Part shown: in pieces, positions 25,251 to 36,918 of the stretch
How the letters are laid out: each line of letters opens with the position of its first letter
Position numbering within the stretch: position 1 is the first letter of the stretch
Assembly: GCA_030390025.1 (NCBI GenBank)
Contig: CM059431.1
Location: 128,094,001 to 128,158,000 of the forward strand
Origin: Squalus acanthias
Taxonomy: Eukaryota
Reading direction: 5' to 3'
DNA: 64,000 nt
The notes under the pieces: model-generated
What the model saw: the letters and a program-made list of their open reading frames with translations, nothing else
What the model was told of the DNA's origin: nothing
Database searches by the model: none
Position numbers and translations under genes: made by a program

Positions 25251-25632
25251 CCCATTGCTTTAGCAGAGTTTGCCCTGTAGGGCCTCTGATCCCCTGTGGA
25301 TAAAGGTCCTCTCTCCTCCTGTCCACCTCCAGTGCAGCATCTGAGAACCTTGGATCACGCTCTCTTCTCTGTTGTGCCATAATTCATTGTTCTTCCAGGT
25401 CACACCCTCTTTCCCCAGCAACTTCAAGCACCGCTTCAGCCAGAATGTGTCTCCCCTTTAAGAGGTGCAGACTGGCTTTATGTAGTGCAGGCTAGCTTTA
25501 AGTGGTGCTATCCTTGCACGAACTTGGGCCCCCGGCTGAGGCACTCAGGGCTGGATTTTGTCTTGGGGTCGGGTTGGGGTCGTGTTACCCGCATTTCGTG
25601 TTGCCCCCCCGACTCCAGATTAATGTGGATGA

Positions 25633-27390
25633 ATGGCAGATCAATTGAACAAGTACTTTGGTTCGGTGTTTACTGTGGAGGACACACACAACCTGCCGGA
25701 AATAAAAGGGGTCAGAGGATCTGGTAAGAGGGAGGAGCTGAGGGAAATCCTTATTAGTCGGGAAAAGGTATTGGGGAAATTGATGGGACTGAAGGCTGAA
25801 AAATCCCCGGGGCCTGATGGTCTGCATCCCAGAGTACTTAAGGAGGTGGCCTTGGAAATAGTGGATGCATTAACGATCATTTTCCAACATTCCTTAGACT
25901 CTGGATCAGTTCCGATGGAGTGGAGGGTGGCCAATGTAACCCCTCTTTTTAAAAAAGGAGGGAGGGAGAATGCAGGGAATTATAGACCAGTCAGCCTGAC
26001 ATCGGTCGTGGGTAAAATGATGGAAGCAATTATTAAAGATGTCATAACAGACCATTTGGAAAGTGGCGACATGATAGGTCCAAGTCAGCATGGATTTGTG
26101 AAAGGGAAATCATGCTTGACAAATCTTCTGGAATTTTTTGAGGATGTTTCCAATAGGGTGGACAGGGGGGAACCAGTAGATGTGGTGTATTTGGACTTTC
26201 AGAAGGCCTTCGACAAGGTCCCACACAAGAGATTGGTGAGCAAAGTTAAAGCACATGGGATTGGGGGTAATGTGTTGACGTGGATTGAGAACTGGTTGGC
26301 ACACAGGAAACAAAGAGTAGGAGTAAATGGGTACTTTTCAGAATGGCAGGCAGTGACCAGCGGGGTACTGCAGGGTTCGGTGCTGGGACCCCAGCTGTTT
26401 ACATTATATATTAATGATTTGGACGAAGGGATTAAATGTAATATCTCCAAATTTGCGGATGACACTAAATTGGGAGGCAGTGTGAACAATAAGGAGGATG
26501 CTAGGAGGCTACAGAGTGACTTGGACAGGTTGGGTGAATGGGCAAATGTATGGCAGATGAAGTACAATGTGGATAAATGTGAGGTTATCCACTTTGGTGG
26601 TAAAAATAGAGAGGCGGACTATTACCTGAATGGTGGCAGATTAGGGAAAGGGGACGTGCAACGAGACCTGGGCGTCATGGTACATCAGTCACTGAAGGTG
26701 GGAATGCAAGTGCAGCAGGCAGTAAAGAAAGCAAACGGAATGATGGCCTTCATAGCAAGGGGATTTGAGTACAGGAGTAGGGAGGTGATGCTACAGTTGT
26801 ACAGGGCCTTGGTGAGGCCACACCTGGAGTATTGTGCGCAGTTTTGGTCTCCTAACTTAAGGAAGGACATTCTTGCTATTGAGGGAGTGCAGCGAAGGTT
26901 CACTAGATTGATTCCTGGGATGGCCGGACTGACATATCAAGAAAGATTGGGTCAACTGAACTTGTATCCTCTGGAGTTCAGAAGAATGAGGGGGGATCTT
27001 ATAGAGACATTTAAAATCCTGACTGGTTTAGACAAATTAGATGCGGGCAGAATGTTCCCAATGGTAGGGAAAACTAGAACCAGGGGTCACAGTCTAAGGA
27101 TTAAGGGGAAGCCATTTAGGACTGAGCTGAGGAGGAACTTCTTCACCCAGAGAGTGGTGAATCTATGGAATTCTCTTCCACAGAAGGTTGTTGAGGCCAG
27201 TTCGCTAAATATATTCAAAATGGAGTTAGATATAACACTCACAACTAAGGGGATCAAGGGGTATGGCGAGAAAGCAGGAATGGGGTACTGAGGTAGCATG
27301 TTCAGCCATGAACGCATTGAATGGCGGTGCAGGCTCGAAGGACCGAATGGTCTACTCCTGTACCTATTTTCTATGTTTCTATGTTTCTAT
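25633..27390 (+). mobile_element. Young 5'-truncated CR1 LINE with uninterrupted 552-aa RT frame (25633-27291)
   Basis: NYRPVSLTS, SQHGF, QGSVLGP, FADDTKL, RPHLEYC without stops; clean (CTATGTTT)n tail. Confidence 0.96.
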
Positions 27391-27582
27391 GATGCGATTT
27401 TAACTTAATTGGCCAATTGAGTTCCAACATGTGGGAACCCATGGCCAATGAGTTATTCCAGTCTGAAAGTCGCCTCCGATGACGTCATCATTGCTGCTGC
27501 ATTTAAGGTCTGCAACAAGCCTTGCTTCCTCTGCAGGCTGCCAAGCTTTTGGACCTCTAATCTAAAGGCACCTGCAGCAGGA

Positions 27583-29547
27583 ATGGCCAGCCAATGGCCC
27601 AGGGCTGCTCCCAGGTTCCATGACGTTGCCCTTCAGGCTTTGGTGGATGGAGCAAGAGCCAACAGGGAGGTGCTCTTCCCCTCCTCAGGGAGGAAGAAGC
27701 CTCCCCAGCAGACAAAGGCTGTGTGGGTCCAGATCGCCCAGGAGGTCACCTCCTTATCATTCACATGCAGAACCTGGATCCAGTGCAGGAAGAGGTTTCA
27801 TGACCTTCTACGTACTGCTAAAGTGAGTATGACTTTCCCTTCACCCTCAATCTGATCCCCATTGCCTCTCCTCACCAGCACTCAGCTTTAGCAACCTCTT
27901 CCTCCATATCCCACTTGACACTGACATCCATGCACCCTTACCCATTCCCTCTCCCTCTATGGTCACATTCATCTTACTATTTGACTATGCAGCCCTCACA
28001 CTCCCTATCACTGTCATGCTTTGAAAACAACTTACAACACACAGGGAGGGCCCTTAGTCTCGCCACCTCAATCCATCTTTGTCTCCTTCTAAGCATCTAT
28101 GCTATGGATTCTCTACACTCACTCCTTCAATCTCACTCAAACTCCACTTGTCTCCCTCATTGCAGGAAAAGAGAGCTCACAATAAAAGGGAAAGAGCCAG
28201 GACAGGAGGAGGGCCACCCTCATTAGCCCAGCTCACCCCCTGGGAGGATGCGGTCCTGGAGATCATGGGCATAGAGGAGGAAACGCAAGTGGGGGATGGA
28301 CAGATGGGTGCACCAGAGCAAGCTGGTGACTGAATAGTGTTCCATCTCTCTCATTGACATTGCATGAGTCGCTGATAATGAATCTGAAGCTCTAACAGAT
28401 GGATTTATGATCATCTGCAATATGCAATGTGCATGTAACCTTGGCATCACATCTCTGACTCTTTCCTTTACTCCCCCACAGGACCATCGCAAGCACCCGT
28501 CCCCACTAGCCAGGAGGAACAGCCTGAGCAGACAGACTCCTCAGAGGAAGCTGCAACCTCTGAGGGCGCAGCGTCAGCAGAGCTCAGCGCACCCAGCACC
28601 AGCGCAGACACTCACACCTCGGTGGGACCCTCGGGACATAGTGTAGTGTTGTCACCTGGTGTATCACAGCTCACAAGTGAGCATCAGCAGATGGTGGAGA
28701 CAGGGACAGCAGTGGAGAGTCCTAGTCAGAGGGCGCAGGACTGTCCTATCTCGACTCAGCTGCATGTCGATCCTCTGCCTCTGGGTCCATCCATAAGATC
28801 AGCGGTGCTGGGACTCCAGGAACAGATGCAGGAGTCTCTGGCAGGTTTTGTCTCCAGGGTCGCTGCGAGTGTGGAGCGAATGGAGGAGTCCATAGCAAAC
28901 ATCAGCAGAGCCTTTGTGGAGTCATTGGTGCATGAACGCATCACCACGGAAAGGATGGCAACCTCCGTGGAAAGGATGGCTACAGTAGATGAGAGGATGG
29001 TTACGGCTATGGAGGAGATAAGTCGCAGTGTGCAGAAAACATGGTCATTGTTCAGAATAGACTGGCGTCTCTTGAGGAGCGATGGTCATCTATTGAACAG
29101 AGAAACCAGACCTTCATGGAAGTCCTTCGGAGTAGGACTTCCAGTACAGATACGGGTCCCCATGGCCCCCCTGATGTGCAGCAAGGTGCTCTCAAGCCAC
29201 TTGCAAGCGCTGAGGTGGACCTGACCCATGAGAGGGATGTTGATGTCACACAACAAGGAGGTGGGGGCTCCTCTCCAAGCGCTCACACTTCCATGCCACT
29301 GACAGGTCCTCGGTCAGAGCCCCACCAGAGTCCGCACCCAAGTGAGATCGGCGTCTCAACCCCTGCCCAGCCGCAAGAGCAGCAGACTGTTGCCGAGCCC
29401 TCTCAGGTTCACAACCCCAGAGGATGCCCGCCAAAGGAGTCGAGACAGGAGCAGCAACAAAGTGAGCAGGGGGCCTCCACTTCTGCTGAAGCCACAGGGG
29501 AAGCACCATGTAGGAGCACGCATAAGAGAAAGAAACTGCACAAATAG
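27583..29547 (+). pseudogene. Harbinger Myb/SANT-like gene, 3 exons, one frameshift
   Basis: Exons 27583-27822, 28166-28325, 28482-29547 splice in frame; single 1-nt loss near 29027. Confidence 0.85.
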
Positions 29548-29804
29548 TCACAAGGGTAGTCACTTGGGTGAATTTTGATGTGTATTGTGAAAAAGCCATC
29601 AGGTGTAAAGTTTAAATAAAAACTCTGATGGCTACAGCTGCAGTTGTGGCATCTGTCATTTCGCTAATGGGACTTCCAGAATGAGGCCTTAGGATAACTT
29701 GCAATTGTCAGTATGGTGGTCACATTGTTAGTGATCCGCTGGGTCTGGGCCATTGTCGTAGCTCTGATAAGAAGCTGCGAGGCAAAAGTGCTTTCTTGTC
29801 TAGG

Positions 29805-31056
29805 CTAAGCAAATCTGGCCAAGATGAGTGTGTGCCTTGCATTCCGGGCAGCTATGGTCTCGCGTAATGCTGCCGCTGGTTGAGGGGCCTCTGCAAGTTG
29901 TTCATTCTCTCTCTCTCCTCCTCCTCCTCCTACTCCTCCTCATCTGAGGAGGCTATGTGAGGAGCCACTTGGTCCTCCGGCATCTGTAAGCCACAACGCT
30001 GTGCCATGTTGTGAAGTGCACAGCAAACCACGACGATTCGGGAGACCCTGGCTGCTGAGTATTGCAGGGCTCCACCTGATCTATCCAGGCATCTGAAGCG
30101 CATCTTTAGCATACCGATGGTTTGCTCGATTATGGCTCTGGTGGAAATGTGGCTGGAGTTGTAGCTCTCCTCAGCTGCGTTGGATGGGCTCCTCAATGGC
30201 ATCATTAGCCACGTCTTCAGGGGATAGCCCTTGTCTCCAAGTAGCCATCCGTGAAGTTGGTCTGGCGGACTGAATAGCGGAGGCACACTAGACTGGCGCA
30301 GTATGAAGGAATCATGGCAACTGCCAGGGTACTTGGCACAAACATGCAGAACTTCCTTGTTGTGGTCACACACCAGCTGAACGTTGAGGGAGTGGAAGCC
30401 CTTGCGGTTGACAAAAATACCTGGATTGCGATGGGGTGCATTAAGGGCCACATGTGAGCAGTAAACGACGCCCTGCACCCTTGGAAAGCCTGCCAGATTA
30501 GCTAATCCAACCGCACGCGCCGTGACACTGCTCGATCCTTGGTGAAATGGATGTGATTGTGCGCGATGGCAAAGAGGGCCTCGGTTACCTGCGTGATGCA
30601 GGTGTGTGCGGCCGCCTGGGAGATGCCGCTGATGTCTGCTGCTGATCCCTGGAATGAGCCTGAGGCAAAAAAGTTGAGTGCGGTGGTGACTTTGACGGCC
30701 ACTGGTAAGGGGCGTCCACCTGGTCCTCTGGGCTCCAGGTCTTGTTGCAGCATTGCGCAGATGTCACCCACTACCTCTCGCGAAAGTCGGAGCCGCCTTT
30801 GGCACTGCTGCTCAGACATGTTGAGGTAGCTGACCCTCTGTCTGTAGACCTTGTTTGGGGGGTATCTCCTGCGCCGACGGCCTTCCATGCGCTGGCCCCT
30901 TCTGTCCTGTGCAGCTTCAGGTGGGTGAGCAGCAGCTTGGCGCTCCTGCTGTTGCTGCTGCTGTTGGTGCTGCTGTTGTTCATGGTTCTGCTGGTGCCGC
31001 GGCTGTTGTTCGTCCTCATCGGATACCCAAGAGGGAAGGAAATAAATGGCTCCCAT
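29805..31056 (-). pseudogene. Harbinger DDE transposase, frameshift near 30500 and late stop at 29930
   Basis: MGAIYFL start, poly-Q N-terminus, [29 protein letters not shown]; first Asp motif reads VYCSH instead of IDCTH. Confidence 0.9.
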
Positions 31057-32164
31057 GCCTCTGGTGTATGTCTCAGTTGAGGAAGCCCTCAATGAGGGTT
31101 GCTAGAGGCGGTTCCCAGGAGGTCACACTGCAGATGGGTGTCAGGCTCCAAACTTCCAGAGCTGTGGTTATGCCTTCTAAATGTTCCCCCAGACCTGTGA
31201 CAACAAAGTTCTGCCACCTGCAATTGATGGCTGATCAAATCTATTTAAAGGTTGAGCTGCAGCTGAGAGTCAGCAATCCACTTGTGCTCCCGCCAGGTTT
31301 CACTGGAGTGTTTCCCATCAGGCGTGCTTCACGTGGGAAAAGTGTTAAACTACATAAAATGCTTCAAAATGGCATTACTGAGCTACTTTTGGGATTGCTA
31401 AGGGCTTTAATGGCCTCTCCCACCTCTTGGAGGCGGGACGGAGTCGGGAACCCCGCGACCGATTTTGTCAAAGTTGCGTGGAGGCGTGTTGGAGTCGGGA
31501 TGGGGTCGGCACCTCCGAATCTGATACTTTAACCCCCCACACGCCTCCAAACCCGACTCCATGGGTAATTCAAAATCCAGCCCTCATTCACTGAACAGCA
31601 CATTTAGCGCTGCCTCAACGCTGCAATCATTTAAATTAGCAGGCAGCACGAAGTTTGCGTGTTGTCTGCATCAGACTCAACGGGCACGGGCTAATCGCAC
31701 ATCACGATATCCATGCCCGTTTTCAGGGGCTATTGAATTTAACCCCCTAGGAATTTGTTTTTTTATACATAGTGGACTGAATTCCATCTCGTACAGCTCG
31801 AGCTTTTGTACGAACAGTGGACCTGATTTCAGCTCCCATCGCCAGGCGGGGGGTGGGGAGGCTGGTAAACTGGAGAGGGAGTCTTATACACTCTTCCTGG
31901 CCTGATCTGACCACCTGCAATTTAAAAATGGAGGCGGCAAGACCAAGCTAGCGGGGTCCTCTTTAACTGTGCAGATCGGGCTGTGGTGACCTTGTTGGGT
32001 TTTTTAATTCTTTGGGTATGAAAAATAAGAATCAACTGAAACTAAAACACTTGAGAATGGCTTTAAACTCTCTAAATAATTTTATTGACATTAAGACACA
32101 AGAGTTTTCCAGATAAAGATGACTTCGAACGTTATCTGGGGAGTGCAACTCGAAATAACCCCGA

Positions 32165-32295
32165 AGATAAGGGTTATGGGGAACGGGTGGGGAAGTGGCT
32201 TTGAGCCCAAGATCAGCCATGATCTTATTGAATGGCGGAGCAGGCTCGAGGGGCCAAGTGGCCTATTCCTGCTCCTATTTCTTATGTTATTATGA
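32165..32295 (+). mobile_element. CR1 3' UTR fragment
   Basis: GATCAGCCATGATC..ATTGAATGGCGGAGCAGGCTCGAGGGGCC..TGGCCTA.TCCTGCTCC. Confidence 0.8.
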
Positions 32296-32501
32296 AAGTT
32301 AGAATGATCAGTTCCTCTGTTTTGGGAGATGAGGATTCTCATTTTTCATCAACGACTTCCTTGGCTGCTTCCTGTGATCTAAAAATCATTGTGAGCCTGA
32401 GTTTTTATACAGTTTTTTCAAGTTTGTTGCTGGGCAGAACCGCTTGCTGATATATTTCCTCTCTCTCTCGTGGCACTACACACAACATGTCCTATCTCTA
32501 A

Positions 32502-32672
32502 AAATAAGATAGCAAAATACTGCGGATACTGGAAATCCGAAATAACAACAGAAAACACTGGAAAAACTCAGCAGGCCAGGCAGCATCCGTGGAGAGAGAA
32601 GCAGAGTTAACGTTTCAGGTCGAAGACCTTTCGTCAGAACTGGAAAAAAGCAGGAAATGAAATAGATTTAAA
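32502..32672 (-). mobile_element. Short Penelope pLTR insertion
   Basis: Same family as 7582; TSD GTCCTATCTCTAA (32489-32501, 32673-32685). Confidence 0.88.
32605..32641 (-). ncRNA. Minimal type I hammerhead ribozyme
   Basis: Minus strand AGTT-CTGACGA-A-AGGTC-TTC-GACCT-GAAA-CG-TT-AACT. Confidence 0.8.
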
Positions 32673-33230
32673 GTCCTATCTCTAACCTTGTTTTTATCTC
32701 TTATTGTTAGCAGCCGGTGTCCTTTGAAAGTACAAAGGCCTAGAAATTCCAGTATGCTGAGAACCTGCCTGTGCCAGTTAATGGCCGCATGAATTCATAG
32801 CGCAGGCGACATGGGTATTTTGGTGCTGCCTGCTAATTTAAATCAGTGCTAAACTTACCTCTTTTTCAAGTGTTACTCTTAGCAGGAGGCCCAATGTAGA
32901 ATGGCCGTAGCGTCCCTGGAGCAAGAACAGGGTTATCTTAAAGCTAGCCTGTCATTTTAGAAAGCTGTGTCGGTCCCTTAATGGGGAACTGCCTTCTAAA
33001 ATGAAAAGAATAAAAATCATTTAAAATAGGCAGTTTTTAGCCCTTACAGTTCAACTGCATTCTGAAAAAAATAAACATGAAAAATAATTCCAAAATGACA
33101 GTCTTCAGCTCCTAAAGCTGAATTGCCTTCCGCACCTCAAAAAATGGTAAAGGTGTTTCAGCAGTAACACAAATGGCTCAACAAGCCAGGGAAGGGGGAC
33201 TCAGGGTCTCATACACAGCACTCCAGCTTT

Positions 33231-34384
33231 TTAGGCTTCGCAAAATCCCCCAGAAACTCGAACAGAGCCCTAAAGGGAGTGATTTTTGGACTTTTCATAC
33301 AAACTTGGGATGATGGGGGCCTAAGTGAAGTGATTTGATGTAAAAACCTAAAGATCAGGGAAGAAAAACCTGAGGAAACTGATTTTTTTTTAATCTTACT
33401 GTTGGGAGAGACACCTTTCACAGACACAAGCTGCGAGGGGCGTGGCCGGGCAGTGAACAAATCAAGCTGTCTGGGAATTGTTTACACTACAAATCCTACC
33501 CAGGTGCAAGAGACAAAGCAAAAACTCACAAACACATTCAAATATGGATCCCCAGGGGCAAACAAGATGCTGGAAATCTAAAAACGATTCAATGACAATA
33601 TAACTTCGATCACACAGTTTCATAGCCATTATCCCATCAAAAAAAACCAATCAACCAGGTAACCACAGAACAGATTTAAAAGCCCGCCAACAGACCTAGG
33701 ACAATAGGGTGGAGATTTGGCACGTAGATAAGGCTGTGTTTAAATCGGAAAACGATCAAGACATGTTTAACACTGAGCAAAAGCCATCGGAACAGCAAGG
33801 TTCATTTGCAACCAAAAGGAATTCGTTTTAGTAAGGGTTTTTTGGGCGTGAAAAAAGAAACAGTATAATTTGAAAGCCTGTGCCATAATCTCTCTCTCTC
33901 TTTCGGACTGGCCGACGACGCGGACACAGCTCTCTCCCTGCTCCAGCAAAACCTACCACAAGCCACGAGGAAGAAGGCCAGCACGCAAGAAGAAACCAGA
34001 GTGACTGCCTCAGTGACCATCAGACACCTCGCAGCAACAAGGGCCTTACGGAGTCTTTTTAAACAAAAGACTCTAATATCCTGTCAAGGATTCGTTGGTG
34101 AGCATTATCCCTGATCTCCTGAAACCAAAAACCTAGCCAGATAGTGGGATCTTTGGGAGGGATAAGGTTTTGTTTGATATATTGTCATTTCCCTCGCTTG
34201 TACCGTGTGTTCCCCGAATCTGTGTTTAAGTAATAAGTGTGTTTCAAGTTTGTTACCTTTTTTCTTTTAATAAAGTAAAATTCTTTCATCAGAACCTGTT
34301 TACTGCAATTTTGTTCACAACCCCTAAATAAGTCCAAAGTCTAGGAACCGGAGGGGCGTGGGAGCGATTAAGATACCCCTTACA
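33231..34384 (+). repeat. 5' LTR, about 1.15 kb
   Basis: Ends CCTTACA; TATAA 33864, splice-donor-like GTGAGC 34098, AATAAA 34269. Left end TTAGG inferred from the TSD (TG apparently mutated). Confidence 0.75.
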
Positions 34385-34387
34385 TAA

Positions 34388-36211
34388 ATGGCGACCGCGG
34401 CAGGACTTTGGCAAAAGGGTTGTGAAGCAGTAAATGCTGGTTTTGAGGAGAGAACAAAAATGGAAGAGAGGATGTCATCCTATGTATATAAAAAAGTAAA
34501 TATCACCAAGAAATGGGTCCTCAGGCTGTTGCATGCTGAATGTCCTATGGACGCTGCAGCTGCATGGACTGAGAGCAAGGAATACAGTAAGTCTGTGGAG
34601 AAAGCCATATGTTTGGTCTGCTACCAGAAACAAATGCAGCTTATGGGGAAGCGCATTCAGGCTCTCACAGAAGAGCTAAAGGAAGAAAGCCAACTGTCCC
34701 GTGCCAGAGCTATAGCAGGTGCTAGGTTGTTAGCAGAGCTCGGCACAAAAGATCAGGAACAGTCACAGATGCTGGAGGAACACCGTGCCAGTAAGGGATA
34801 CCTCCAGTGTCAGGCCACCGAGGCCAAAAGCAGTGAACTGGCATTGCGGGAAGAGAACACCCGCCTTGCCAAGCAATTAAGGGAACTCACAGAGAAGTTA
34901 AACGATGTTCAGGCAGCCTATAGATTAGCCAGTACAAGGGAGTTTGAGGTAGGGGACCACGGCCCCTGTCAGAAGCAGATTGAGAGTCTGAACCTTGCTC
35001 TGTCCAAGACAAAAGGCATGCTGTGCCTGATAAGCCCGGGTGCAGCCCAGGCAGACCTGGAAGAGCAGGGGGAGACTGTTCGACCACCACCTGTGGCACC
35101 AAGGAGAAGCTTGGTTAGGCAGCAGGAGGTGCAGACAATCTGTGAGGCTGACAGGGAGAGCACACCTGCACCTGTGGCGCCGAGTTTTGACTCGGTCTGG
35201 CAGCAGGGAGAGGGGGGCGAACCGATGCAGGAGAAGTCGGAGCCAGGGCCAATGTGCCCAGCACGACAGCAAAAATTCGGCCCGCCCGCCGATGTTGGAG
35301 GTCAGGGACCCCTTGAAAGTCAATTCTTGGCTCCACACGGTACACAACAGCTTAGGGCTATGGTAAGCCACCTGAGTAAACTTACCCAAAAGGAAGACCC
35401 CTTAGTCCACTTCATGGAGGTGGAGCAATCAGCAGCCATTAACGATTGTGACGATGCCGAAATGGCAAAATTACTCCTGTTCTCATTAGATGGCAAATTG
35501 TACCAGTCACTCTCTACTGAGAGCAAGAGAGGACAGAACGGGTATGCTGCCATCAGGGAGGAAGTATTAGAGGCCATGGGAATGAATGAGGGAAGTCCTT
35601 TCTCCCGGGTGGAGAAAACAGTGCAGCTCGCAGGGGAGACACCACAGGCTTTCGCAGACAGGCTGTAGCCGGTGTACAGGGGTGCTTGTAATGGGGCTCT
35701 CGACAGGGCTAACCTGAACAGGGACGAGCTGGCCCACTGGCTCTGTAGCCTAGTGGCAAACAGCTTGCCATGAGTCAAAGCCAAGGCTGAGCTTTGGTTT
35801 GACCCAAGAGATCCCCGGGTCACCGAGGAGGCAGTGGTCAGGCAACTGACCGTAGCCTACCGGAACGGTAGGGGAGCTGAAGACACCCCACTGAAAGGGA
35901 AGGTGCATGAGATAAAGCCCAGTCAGGATAAGACGGAGTGGCACCAGGAAGGTGGTAAACCTTCCGACACGAAGCGTAACTGCTTCGGGTGCGGGAAGAG
36001 GGGGCACTGGAGAAAGGACTGTAGGAATCCCTGGAAGGATATGCTAACAAAGAATTCCCCAGCTTTTGCCCCAAAAGTAGAGGCACCGACCTCTTCCCCC
36101 ACACTGGACACAATAGTAGCGGCCATCAGAGTCCTGTTTGGTGGCCCAGGGAAGGTAGCTACAGCCACTGGTGCATTAATCCCATCTGACCCCCCTAACG
36201 CAGACCTATGA
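34388..36211 (+). pseudogene. gag: gag (coiled coil, capsid-like region, CCHC zinc knuckle) with two internal stops
   Basis: Single frame; QLAGETPQAFADRL capsid-type motif; CFGCGKRGHWRKDC; stops at 35666 and 35771. True start may be the ATG at 34460. Confidence 0.85.
34389..34406 (+). promoter_or_regulatory. Primer binding site, tRNA-Arg(TCG)
   Basis: TGGCGACCGCGGCAGGAC, 4 nt after the LTR; reverse complement of GTCCTGCCGCGGTCG+CCA, which I recall as a vertebrate tRNA-Arg(TCG) 3' end. Confidence 0.8.
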
Positions 36212-36918
36212 CTAGAACCAGCGCAGCCTGTCTACCTGTGTTCCCCGGGATACGATGTTGAGAAGTGGGTGGAGAAAGTGCAGGGGAGATGTTTGGTGGA
36301 CACCGGAGCTGCCAGCATGGTGGTCCATTCGGCAGACCTGACCAATTCACCCAGGTCTAGCGGGGTCCCGTACAGTTTAATGGGAATCACAGGGAACGAG
36401 CAGGCTGGGGCAATGTCCAAACCTTTGGACATAGATTTAGGATCCCTCCATACCACGTGGGAGGGTAACCAAAAGGCCGACAAGTTGGCCAAGCAGGGGG
36501 CCAGGGAAGGAGAGTTATGGGATCCCTATAAAGCAGGTCCGGTAGCTGCAATCCGGGACAAGGGAGGCACACAGTGGGTAGCTTTGCCCCCGGACTTAAA
36601 GCAGGTCCAAACCCAGAATCCCGTCTTTAAGGACGGCCTGGTAAAGAGAGAGAGTGGGGAGTCCCTAGAAGGTCCGTTCAGGGCAGAAGACGAGATTTTT
36701 AAACAGGTTCACTGGCAAGCAGCCAGTAACCTGGGGAGCCAGTACCAGAAAAATCGGCTGCTGTTAGAACCCCAGAGAGTCCACGGGTGGGAGATTGACC
36801 AGTGCAAACTGTTTAAACCTAAAAGGGAACAGCCGGCAAAGCTGGATGGCCCCCAAGTTAGAAATCCGCAGCCAGCCGCAACTGTGGCAGATGCACAAGC
36901 TGCAGCGGGAGGGACAGT
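36212..36918 (+). pseudogene. pol: Deleted pro-pol: aspartic protease fused to RNase H C-terminus and probable integrase-region scraps
   Basis: CLVDTGAA protease site; jumps at ~36460 to GNQKADKLAKQGA; RT absent. Confidence 0.75.

Larger units (their letters stand above)
25548..31583. mobile_element. Full-length Harbinger transposon with CR1 insertion
   Basis: Perfect 13-bp TIR GGGCTGGATTTTG / CAAAATCCAGCCC; perfect TSD TCA. Confidence 0.93.
21241..31747. mobile_element. Old Harbinger transposon (left end lost) hosting a MITE, L2 and a second Harbinger
   Basis: Decayed transposase on + (~21260-21843 and 23110-23465); Myb remnants on - (~23640-24636, ~25250-25380); sequence resumes at 31584 and ends GAATTTAACCCC. 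Confidence 0.75.

Noticed and set aside
33339..33348. TGTAAAAACC as the LTR start
   Set aside because: Flank TTGA does not match the right flank CTTT; 33231 gives a matching TSD and restores the host Myb sequence.
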